The notes under the pieces were generated by a model that saw only the letters and a program-made list of their open reading frames with translations, was not told the DNA's origin and ran no database searches. The translations under genes and the position numbers were made by a program. This document shows, one piece after another, positions 9,340-22,064 of a stretch of DNA of 64,000 nt. The DNA is taken from the NCBI RefSeq assembly GCF_009914755.1, contig NC_060939.1; one strand, 5' to 3'. How positions within the stretch are numbered: the first letter of the stretch is position 1; each line of letters opens with the position of its first letter. This DNA is from the human T2T-CHM13v2.0 reference genome, Homo sapiens.

Positions 9340-10575
9340 ATCCAGGGCTGCCCGCGGCGGGGGCTGGTTGGGGTATTATTCCGGGTGTCACTACTTTGGG
9401 TGTACTAGAGTGTTATTTTGGGCGTCACTGCTTTTAGGTGTGCTATCCGGGGCTGCACTGCCCTCAGCAGCGGGTGGGGGGGGGGTTGGTGGGGGGCGGG
9501 TTGGGGTCACTATCTTGGGCTGTATTGATGGCAGCAGTAGGGCTGGTTGGGGGCGCTATTGGGTGCTGCACTGCCCGCGACAGGGGCCGGGTTGGGGCTG
9601 CTATTGTGGTTGCACTGCCGGCGGCATGGTGGTGGGAGGGCTGGTTAGGGTGCGGACTGGTGGGGGTGCTTACTGGTCGGGCTTCATTGCTGACAGCGGG
9701 GTGGGGATGCTATCTGGGGCTGCACTGCCCATGGTGGGGGCTTGTTGGGGGCGCTATGTGGGGCTGCAATGTCCATGGCAGGGGAGAGGTTAGAGGCAGT
9801 ATCAGGTGCTACACTGCTGGTGGTGGGGCGGGGCAGCGGTGGGTGCGGGTAGGTGCTTGGAGGGTGCGGTTTCGGGCGCTATCGGGCCAGACTGCCCATG
9901 ATAGAGGGCAGGTTTGGGTGCGCTACTAGGGGATACACTCCTCACAGCAAGGGGCGGTTTGGGGGTGATACCCGGCCGGTGGCAGGCGGGGTGGTGGGGT
10001 GGGTTGTGGGCACCGTTCGGGGGCTGCACTGTGGTCAGTGGCGGTGGGGCGAGTTAGGTGCTCTATCAGCTGCTGCACTGTTTGTGGTGGGGGCTGGGTT
10101 TGGTGTGCTATCGGGGACCATATTTTTGGCAGCGGTATACAGGTTAGGGGTGCTGTCGGAGGCTGCACTGCCCATGGCGGGGTGCGGGTGGGGTGCACTA
10201 TCCAGGGCATCATTCCCCCTGGGTGGGGGATAGTTGGGGGTGCTATCTGCTATGTAGGGCTGCACTGCTCGTCGTGGGGAGGGGGTTGGGGACCTTAAGG
10301 ATCCATGGCTGCACTATTGACGGCATGGAGCAGGTGGCCGTGCTCTCCGGGGCATCACTGCCCACAGCCGGGGGTTAGTTGGAGGTCCTATCCGTGGCTG
10401 CATGGCCGACGGCAGACGGTAGGATGGGGGAGTTATCTGGTGCTGCGACGTCCGAGGCAGGGATGGGTTGGGGGCGCTATTGGGTTTTACATTGCAGCGG
10501 CGAGGGGCGGTGTTGGGGGCGCTATCCCAGAGCCAACATCAGGCAGCGGATTAGGGGCGCCATCAGGGGCTGCCT
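9340..10575 (-). repeat. Same ~45-bp GC-rich tandem repeat in opposite orientation, right arm (>20 units; GGGTTGGGGGCGCTATCnGGGGCTGCACTGCC)
   Basis: GCTAT..GGGGCTGCACTG recurs every ~45 nt; strongly G-skewed. Confidence 0.85.
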
Positions 10576-11163
10576 TGCTGGTGGCGGCAGAGCTTGCAGC
10601 AACAGGGTCTCCAAGGAAGGAGCCTTCTTCCTCTTTCTGGATTTCAGACTCTAAAAGGCGATCTCCTCCTGCTCCTGCTAGAGCGCAGCGAGCGCACGGC
10701 GTTTCCGCAGTAATCCTGAGCACGGCAAGGACCCCTTACCCGCCGTGGTTCCCGGGGCCACGCCCTTTTCGCTCTGTGTTGCGGAGACCACCTGGCACCC
10801 CTAGGCACGCTGGACACGGAGTGGCGGGGACACCACGGGGAGACAGGGCTCTGTGGGTGGAGGCATCAGGATGGGGAACCGGCATTTGGGTGGGAGGGCT
10901 GGCTGTGTCTGAGTTCCTGCTGATTTTGTTCCCCAAGGAGCGCAGTCCTGGTGGGCCCAGCGGTTCCTGTGGATTGGAGCCAGGCAGTGTGATGTTACCA
11001 GTCACCACTCCAGGTCCCAGTTCCTGGCCCGCTTGAGCCAAAAGGAGAGGCTGGACTTTGGAGGGTGGATATGAGTGCCTTCACTGAGACTGGCCCCTGC
11101 CACCCAGTGGCCAGGATGACAAGGTGAGGCTCTAACGCTATCAGTCTCTGCATTCTCCTCTAG

Positions 11164-11648
11164 GCTTTTTTGGCTTTGTGTGTCCAGCTGTTCCATGCCA
11201 GGAGGAGGAGGAGTTACATGCTGGAAGCTTGCAGATAGCCTGGGGCTGCTGCTCGCCTTGCTGCGGTTGGTGGCAGCTACCGAGACTACCTCGCACCAGA
11301 GCGGTAGGAGGACGGCCAGCTGCGGCCATGGCAGGGGCAGGGCTGCGGCGGTGGCCAGGTAGTAGGAGCTTTGTAGGGTGGGCCAGTGCATTGAGGGCAA
11401 CAGCAGCGATGGTTATAGTGACATCTGTGCTAGTTGTGGCAGCAGCCGCAAGTCCAGGGGCCGGGAAGAGGGAGTAGGAGCGCTGCGGGGCCTGCCCGGC
11501 CAGGCCTAGGGTGGGTTAGGAAGCTTCGGGTGCTGTACCACAGGCCTCGGTGGAAGTGGTGGAGGAACAGCCAGGGCAAGGAGGAGTTCTCCCCCTTCTC
11601 CTGCAGTCTCTGGAGGGCGACCTCCTCCTACTGGCGCATGAGCCCGGT
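11164..11648 (+). ncRNA. Candidate internal lncRNA exon
   Basis: Branch-like CTAAC (11132), pyrimidine tract and TAG (11161-11163). Candidate donors CAG|GTAGTA (~11359) and GGT|GTGAGT (11649). Confidence 0.35.
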
Positions 11649-11689
11649 GTGAGTGTCAGCATATTATCTCACTCTTTCTTCCAATATAA

Positions 11690-12560
<871 letters not shown>

Positions 12561-13606
12561 ATTTGTATGCTTATTTTTTGTTCTGAATACTTACCAAGAT
12601 ACAACTTACAGAGAGGAAGCATCGAGGCACCTGAGTGTGTCTTTTTAACGCTGACATTATCATTGAGAAAAAAATTAAAACACAGAAAAAGCTATTTTTC
12701 TTAAGAAAAAGTTTGAGTGTTTTTAACAAATCTATAAATTGATTTGCAATTTCATGGTATCTTTATTGGTAATGTACCTTCAACAATGCAATCATGTGCA
12801 CATACTTTACTGAGGAGGCACTTAACACAGGCTGAATCACCTATAGATATATTCAACTGATTACCTGTGCCTGTGAGAATACACAAGGTAAACTCTAATG
12901 ATGTATCAATAAGTAGAAAGCTATGAAGCAAATTGAGACAATTATCTAAATCATCCTGTCAGAAATTCCCTTTTTATCTGGACTACTAGGCCAATAAAAT
13001 ATCATTAATTTCTGGAACCTGTGAAGTTTGCCTCTGTTCAGTTAATTAGGGAAATGAGTCTCTAAACAAATAAATAATGTAAACCAGCAGATTGTGGTCT
13101 CCACAAGAGTCAAAGGCAAATAACTGCTCTCAACCATTTGTAAATCCAGTCAAGGAAAAATAGTTTTGTCATAATGAAGAATATTTTATTATAAAATTTG
13201 TTATATGATATTGATTATATAAAATATTTTAACATCACATTAAATTAATATGTTAAGGGAAATTAGATTTTGAAATGTTTTATTCTCATTGCTCTATCTT
13301 AACTGTATCTATTTGAATGTTCTAGTAGCATGTAGAATCTAATAAAATATCAACTATATAGGGACCTGAAAATACATTGTAGCTATTACTTATCTTTGCG
13401 TTTTCAATGTCAGAAAGTTCATTGTCATAGGTAATCTAGTAAGCAAAAGTTAATTTTTCTGAATTTAATTAATTTAAATAATTGTATCATGTGCATTAAC
13501 CAGTTCATGTAATCCAAGTTAAATTTTACATGCCCTATGGCAAGAAGTTCTAAATCCCTAATGTACATCTCTAAAAGACATGATTTCTTTCCCCAGACTT
13601 ATCTCA

Positions 13607-13691
13607 TCTTTTTATCTATCCATCTCTTTCTTCCACTAACAAAAAATTCTTTTTATCTATCCATCTCTTTCTTCCACTAACAAAAAATTCT
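13607..13691. repeat. Perfect 41-bp tandem duplication
   Basis: TCTTTTTATCTATCCATCTCTTTCTTCCACTAACAAAAAAT x2. Confidence 0.95.
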
Positions 13692-14284
13692 ATCTCAATA
13701 GTTGTAAATCAGTTGTATCACTAGTCCCATTCCATCTATGAGAAAACTCCAGTTCAGGGATGTTAAGTGACTTCATTAATGCCCCACAGCTAATCAGTAG
13801 GAAATAACCAGGAGTGGAGGCTAGAAACCACTCCAGATCTATAGTCTTAACATTGTGCTATGTTTGCTGTGTACTTTCTGACATACAAGTCATAAAAGTA
13901 TTTCTCAATTCTCTGGGAAATTTCTACACTCCACTCTTGCTCAGCCTGTTCATATACCCAGAGCCCATCACTTATGTCAGCCTTTTGAATTTTACAAATT
14001 TTGTTAAAATAAGATACCATTCCTGGTGCTTTTTCCAATTCTAAATAGAGTGATTTTTATTTTTGTGCAATTCTTAACCATTGGATCTATTCCCTTATTA
14101 TGCCATTTGTCATTATTTACCAGCATTGTTTTTACATTTTTATAGGTATTCTCTTCTCTACTAATTTAGGGGCTCTTTGAAGATAATAATTACCTTGCTG
14201 TACTTTAAATACACCAAAATTTGTTATGATTGCTGAAGAAGTAAAAACAAAGTGAAAGCTACCAATTTTATTCAGTTCAAATAG

Positions 14285-14425
14285 TGGTATACCTCAGATG
14301 TCGTGGATTCAGTTCCAGGCCACTGCAATAAAGCAAGTCAGACGGAAGTGTTTGGTTTCCCAGTGCATCTAAAGTTTATGTTTATACTACACTGTAGTCT
14401 AGTAGGGGTGCAATAGTATTATGTC
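14285..14425 (+). mobile_element. Tigger1-like 5' terminal fragment
   Basis: ATACCTCAGATG..TTCAGTTCCAGGCCACTGCAATAAAGC...TTTGGTTTCCCAGTGCAT. Confidence 0.65.
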
Positions 14426-14436
14426 CATCTTACCAT

Positions 14437-16790
14437 TTCTGTCTATTCAATATATTGGCTATGGGTTTGTCATAAATAGCTCTTATTATTTTGAGGTGTT
14501 TCACCAATACCTAGTTTGAGAGTTTTTAACATAAAGGGACGTTGAATTTTATCAAAGGCCTTTTCTGCATCTATTGAGATAATCATGTGGTTTTTGTCTT
14601 TGGTTTTCGTTATGTGATGTATTGTGTTTATTGATTTGCAAATGTTGAACCAGCCTTGCGTCCTAGAATCCACCTGGTCTTGGGCTTTTTTTGATCAGTA
14701 GGCTATTAATTACTGCCTCAATTTCAGAACTTGTTATTGGTCTATTCTGGAATTCAACTTCTTCCTGAATTAGTCTTGGGAAGGTGTGTGTGTCCAGGAA
14801 TTTGTTCATTTCTTCTAGATTTTCTAGTTTATGTGCATAGAGGTGTTTATAGTATTCTCTGATGGTAGTTTGTATTTCGGTGGAGTTAATCATTTTTTTG
14901 TGTGTCTATTTGATTCTTCCCTCATTTCTTCTTTATTAGTCTAGCTAGTGGTCTATTGATTGTGTATTTTTTTCAAAACACGAGCTCCTGGATTCATTGA
15001 TTTTTTGGAGAGTTTTTATTTCTGCATCTCCTTCAGTTCTGCTCTGATCTTAGTTCTTTTTTTCTGCTAGCTTTTGAATTTGTTCTTGCCTTTCCAGCTC
15101 TTTTAATTGTGATGTTAGAATGTCAGTTTTAGATCTTTCCCACTTTCTGATGTGGGCATTTAGTGCTATAAATTTCGCTCTTAACACTGCTGTAGTTGTG
15201 TCCCAGAGATTCTGGTACATTGTCTCTTTGTTCTCATTGGTTTCAAAGAATTTCTTGACTTCTGCCTTAATTTCGTTATTTTTCCAGGAGTCATTCAGGA
15301 GCAGGTTGTTCAATTTCCATTTAATGGTGTGGCTTTGAGTGAATTTCTCAATCTTGAGTTCTAATTTGGTTGTGCTGCCGTCTAAGAGACTGTTTGTTAT
15401 GATTTTAATTCTTTTGCATTTGCTGAGGAGTGTTTTACTTCTGATTACATGATCAATTTTAAGGTGCCACGTGGTGATGAAAAGAATGTATACTCTGTTG
15501 TTTTGAGCTGGAGAGCTCTGTAGGTATCTATCAGGTCTGCTTGATCCAGAGCTGAGTTCAGGTCCTGAATATCTTTGTTAGTATTCTGTCTCAATGATCT
15601 GTCTAATACTGTCAGTGAGGTATTAAAGTCTTCCACTATTATTGTGTGGGAGTCTAAGTCTCTTTGTGACTCTTTGCTTTATGAATCTGGGTGCTTCTAT
15701 ATTGGGTGCATATGTAGATTAATAGAGTTAGCTCTTTTTGCTTAATTGAACCCTTCACCATTATGTAATGCCCTTGTCTTTTCTGATCTTTTTGGTTTAA
15801 AGTCTGTTTTGTCAGAAACTAGGATTACAACCCCTTCTTTGATTTCTATTTGCTTGGTAAATTTTCCTCCTTCCCTTTATTTTGAGCCTATGTGTGTATT
15901 TGCACGTCAGATGGCTCTTTTCAAGACAGCATAGTGATGGGTCTTGGCCCTTTATCCAGCTTGCCTTTCTGTGTCTTTTAATTGAGGCATTAAGCCCATT
16001 TACATTTAAAGTTAGTATTGTTATGTGTGAATTTGATCCTGTCATCATGATGCTAGCTGGTCATTTTGCAGAATTGTGCATGTGGTTGCTTCACAGTGTC
16101 CCTGGTCTGTGTATTTCAGTGTGTTTTTGTAGTGGCTGGTAACAATTTTTTCTTTCAATTTTCAGTGCTTCTTTCAGGAGCTCTTACAAGGCAGGCCTGA
16201 GGGTGACAAATTCCCTCAGGATTTGCTTGTTTGTAAAGGATCTTATTTATCTTTCACTTATGAAGCTTAGTTTGACCAGATATGAAGCTCTAGGCTGGAA
16301 ATTATTTTCTTCAAGAATGTTGAATATTGGCCCCCAATCTCTTCTGGCTTGGAGGGTTTCCACTGAGAGGTCCACTGTTATTCTTATGGCTTTCCCTTTG
16401 TAGGTGACCTGGACTTTCTCTCTGGCTGCCCTTAACATTCTTTCTTTAATTTCAACCTTGGAGAATCTGATCATTATGTGTCCTGGGATTGATTTTCTCA
16501 TGGAGTGTCCTACTGGAGTTCTCTGAATTTCTTGAAGTTAAATGTTGGCCTGTCTTGCTAGGTTGGGGAAGTTCTCCTGGATGATATCCTAAAGTATGTT
16601 TTCCAACTTGATTCCATTCTCCCCATCTCTTTGAGGTACCCCAATCAGTCGTAGGTTCTGTCTCTTTACATAATCCCATATTTCTTGGAGATTTTGTTTA
16701 GTCTTTTTTATTCTTTTATCTCTATTGTTTCCTGCCTGTTTTATTTCAGAAAGATAGTCTTCAAGCTCTGAGATTCTCTCCCCTACTTGT
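14437..16790 (-). mobile_element. L1P element, degenerate ORF1 3' half and ORF2 endonuclease/Z region
   Basis: Minus ORFs [66 protein letters not shown]. Confidence 0.93.
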
Positions 16791-19660
16791 CTCCATTTTT
16801 CTCGGGAGGTATTTTAACAAAATTTAAAGAAATTACCACACCGTTTACAATTACTGTGTATGTTTGTGTTTATGTGTGCACGTGTGTGTATGATGAACCC
16901 AAGGAAAGAATATTCTAAAATGAGGACCAGTAATGTTATTTTCTATATTTTTTTCTTAGTACTGAACCCAAAAAAGGAATATCGAGAATGTTTCAGACAG
17001 TAGAGTAAGATAGAGATAAATCCTACAATTGCCACTTATAATCTGGGTAACTTTGGGAAAATTACCTTTCTTTTGAACTTATTTTATTAACTTTTAGAAT
17101 GAGAATAATAAAAATACCCTCCTCATAGGACTGTGGTGAAGATTAAGAGAACTAATTAATATAAAACACAGCATGGGGCCAAGCATATGGTAAGACCTTA
17201 AGGAATTTTATTTCGTTAATTATAAAACACACATTTCTCCCTACATTTTAACATCTCAGTAGAGAAAATGTCTTAGAATTTATGTTCTTATAGTTGATGA
17301 AGCAAGGATTCTTACCTAAATACATGATTTATAATTGAAACATAGTTTTTTGTTTAAAAATGTTAGAAATCAACACTATGAAATCAGATACCAATTCTGT
17401 CAGTGGGGATAGTTTGCAGTGAGGGAAATAAAATGGAGAATTTTGCAAATTAGGACAAAATTAATATATGTTCTCTTTATTTTGAGTTTATTCATATTTA
17501 TTCCACAAACATTTGAATGGATATCCATGTGCCAAATTCTGTGTAGGACAAATTTCATAAGATGAATAACATATATTTGTCTTCAAAGATCTAACACATG
17601 TTCATGGAAGACAACAGAACCATATAAGTACAGCATCAGTTATAAATATCTAAGCTAATTGTTTACATAGAAGCAAGACTTAATTCATAGGAGAGGAGAG
17701 GGTGGGGAAAGACAAAATGAAAGATGTGATTTCTGAACTAAGTCTCAACAGACTGGTAACATGAGTCAGGTGAAAGGTGAGAGGAAGTACGCTCTAAAAG
17801 GAGGAAATAAAAAAGGACTTGGGAGAAGAAGAGAGAAGAATCTCTCTTAGGAAACTACATGATATTTAATTTGGATGAAATATTTGCAGAAGGAGTAAAA
17901 ATTCTAAGCTAGAAGTTTAAGAAGGGTCAGCTTACGGAGGACCTTGCCTGGTTATGCTGATGGGCTTAAACTGTGGCAGGAGTTAAATGAAAATACTCTG
18001 AAACAGTTTAAAATGGAGGGGTGATACACTCACAATTTTATTTCCAAACTGTTGTTCAGAATGAATTAAAGTGGATAGGATTGAAGACAAAGAGGATGGT
18101 TAGGAGCTTATTGTGATCATCATTAACAGTGGTATTGCACATGTAGTAAAATGGGCAGATTTGAGAGATTATGAAGGTGATAGAATCTATAGTACTTGAT
18201 GATTAATGGAATGTGAAATAGAGATAGAAGTTAAGTTGTAATAACCACATCTCAGTTCAAATGATAAACAAATGCCATGCAGATCTAGAGCAGGGGCCAT
18301 GTTCCCAAACAATTTGCCTGAGCCATTGTGCCTAACACAGTGCTGAGTCCACAATAAACCAATGCCAAACAGTTGTGCATTGATATATCATCCATTCTTC
18401 TGGAAATTCGAGGATTTCACATACAGATGTCCATATTGAATTAATACATAATTATCAAGAGAAAAATAGCCCTGAGTCAACATTCTAGAAATGTTCAATT
18501 GTCTAGAGTGGATTTTCTCATTGTCCTTTTCCATAACAACATAGTGACTTGGAATATAACGTGGCACTAAAAAATAGAAGAATAAAAAGGGTCTTTGAAG
18601 CAATTCCTTTTTATCTTGCTTTATTCTTAACAGCAGTTCTCTGGTCTTAATTCTTTTATGGTTCCAGGAGAATTACATTTCAAATTCCGTAATTGCACAG
18701 GAGAATTGGAGTCTTGTAAAAATTTAGAATACTTCGTTCAAAGGCAACTTTTATTATGAACTGAACCTATGCTGTGATGCAGCCAAAGAAATTGTTTAGA
18801 GCATCATTAAAATAACCTTTTTAATAAGACCACTTTCTCTTGAAAAAGTGTAGTACCCTCTTATTTAATATTACCATATTACAATTGACTGTATGTTTGC
18901 TGAAAGTCTCATAGTATGGTATTTAGTTTATTGAACTAGCACAAAATATACATGAACTTTATCAGTTTTCATTTTCCCTTTAACAAACCAAGAACAATAT
19001 TAAATGACATTTTATGACATTTGATAGGTATTTAAAATTTGTTATTGCGGCTCTTCAGTGAACCATAAAATAACAAGTGTCACAATATGGCTGTGCTTTC
19101 ATTATGAGAAATGCAAGCAGGAAACATTTAAATCAGCATCATTTTCCATCAGTGTTTTGCTCCTGATTCTCTGCCAAGTTCATTATCTCCTCTGTGCCTA
19201 AATTTGTCCATATGAAAAATTAGGAGAAAAAAGAATAAATTAATACTTGCCTCTAAAATGATCTGAAACCCAGGTATGGAAAATCTTACACAAGTTTAAA
19301 AGACTGGTTTATCCACTACTGTCCTCATTCGTTTGAACAGACCGCAATGTTCTGTGGGAGAGTAGCTGAGAGACTGATGCAATAATAGTCCTTTTCACAC
19401 CTTCCATCCAGAAAGACAATTTTTTTATTTGCAGCTGAAGCTATTATATCCAGAGCCTATGGCTGTTTGCCTCTTTTAACGATGGAAATTTTGAAAGAGA
19501 AACAGCAAGTAAAATGTGAAAATGTCCTCTGGGATATTATTTTATTACTACATGTCCCTTATTTAGCAAACTAGATGCAATATAAAAAATTAAGTCTGGT
19601 GCCTGGTTGGCAAAAAATCAAATAACAGGTACTAAAGAAATAATGATGAGCTAACCTAAG

Positions 19661-19661
<1 letters not shown>

Positions 19662-19703
<42 letters not shown>

Positions 19704-19706
19704 TGA
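19662..19706. repeat. (TG)n microsatellite
   Basis: Direct reading. Confidence 0.95.
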
Positions 19707-20431
19707 GTGCGCGCATGCCATAAAGCCAAGGTGGAGAGGTGAATGAAAAAGTCATTAGAGGAGAGGGAAAAGCCATATCGCTTGAAAAAAGCACCATGGT
19801 ATCATGGTGGAAGAATGGGCTTTAGACGCTGGCAAGCTTGGGTTCCAATTATGGCATTTTGTAGTGCGCTATTTATTTCTGAGCATTAATTTCTACAATG
19901 AAAAAATGCATAATACCATAGGGTTTGAAGGATCAAGTGAGATGATTGAAATAAAGTATGAATCAAGATGTCTGTCATTAATTCTCTCTTTTAATCATGG
20001 GATCTATTGACAATGCAAAAGTGTACCCAGTATAGCAGTAGAATGATAGTGTATCTCTTGAGATAATGTGTCAGGTTGTTCGCTAATGCCTTTTTCATAG
20101 AAATATTGTTGAGCTGCCTTCACATAGATAGAACATCTGGGTTACAACCACTTTGCAGAAAAGCTACCAGGTACAGCTTTTTGAAATTGCCTGCCTGGGT
20201 TTAAATTACAGTCTTGTAGTAACTCTTTGGTGCATTTTAGTAACTGCTGAACCGTGTGATGTTGAGTCAATCACATTGATTGGAAAGGAAATTTAACGCA
20301 TCAGACAATGGAAAGTTACTAAGGTTAGTTGACATAGAATGCTCTTAAGTTAGTTCATGGTAAGTTATGCAAGTAGAGGAGATCATAGATAACTAAATAG
20401 CAGGCAAACTGCAAAAAGACTAGCAGAAGTT

Positions 20432-20742
<311 letters not shown>

Positions 20743-21696
20743 TCAGTTGTTACTATTCTGTAGCAAGTTCAACCAGAATGTATCTCTTTGCTGTTCTCAC
20801 AGCAAAAATTATAAATGTTTGAGGTGATGGATATGCTAATTACCTTCATTTGATCATTACACAATCTATACATGTATTGAAGCATCATATTTTATCCCAT
20901 AAATATGTATAATTAGTATATCAATTAAAATTAAAAAATGATAGCAACAACTATTACTCCTTTATATTACACTACTACAAGCGCTTTGTTTATAGCTTAT
21001 ATCCTTGGGAACCTTTTTTCTATTGCATATAGAATGTATAATACAGTCTGTGCTAAATGTCATAGAGCTTTTACAAGCCAGATAAAATTTGACTGTACAG
21101 TTAAGAGGTCAAAAAGCCATCTGCCACAATGTAGAGCCCATCTCAGGAAATTAGGATATAAAAATTTTCCAGCAAATGATTTGTAAGAAGTCATGAGTTT
21201 TATGGGGAATAACTGGTTAGCCTGGTAACAGATCTAGTGAGTTCTGAAGAATCATATATCCCATCTATGCCCATATTGAAATAGTGGCAGTGCTAGGTTT
21301 GTTCTATAATGAATTGTGGGTAGCTGTTGCAGCCTTCTCCTACTCCATATCTTTATTGTGGTCACTGACCTTATATTATTAAGTGTGTACAATATAGATT
21401 TAAAGGGTAGACATTGGGTCACCTTTGATGAAAGAGTCTTACTTCAAGAATATGTACCGTATTCTCTCAACTGACAGTAATTAATGTCACTGATATGGAC
21501 AGTATTCATATCACCATAATGAAGCCATAAAACATTGTGGCTAAAATAATTTGTGAAGCTCATTTTGAAGAACTTGTGAAAAGCTAGGCCTTGGTGCCAA
21601 GGATAGAGAGAAAAGCAACAGTAATGAGGAAAGCACTGACACCTCTTTGGAGGAAAATGTGGCCATATTGACCAAAATTTAAAGTGTGCACACTTA

Positions 21697-22064
<368 letters not shown>

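Noticed and set aside
8072-10575. Regularly spaced repeats resembling a CRISPR array
   Set aside because: Primate DNA, degenerate head-to-tail units with no unique spacers, and no cas genes.
8070-11652. Many overlapping 100-243 aa ORFs on both strands
   Set aside because: Low-complexity G/A/P/W-rich translations expected from a GC-rich tandem repeat with few stops; no recognisable domain.
14437-16790. Active L1 ORF1/ORF2
   Set aside because: Fragmented ORFs, internal deletions, and both ends truncated.
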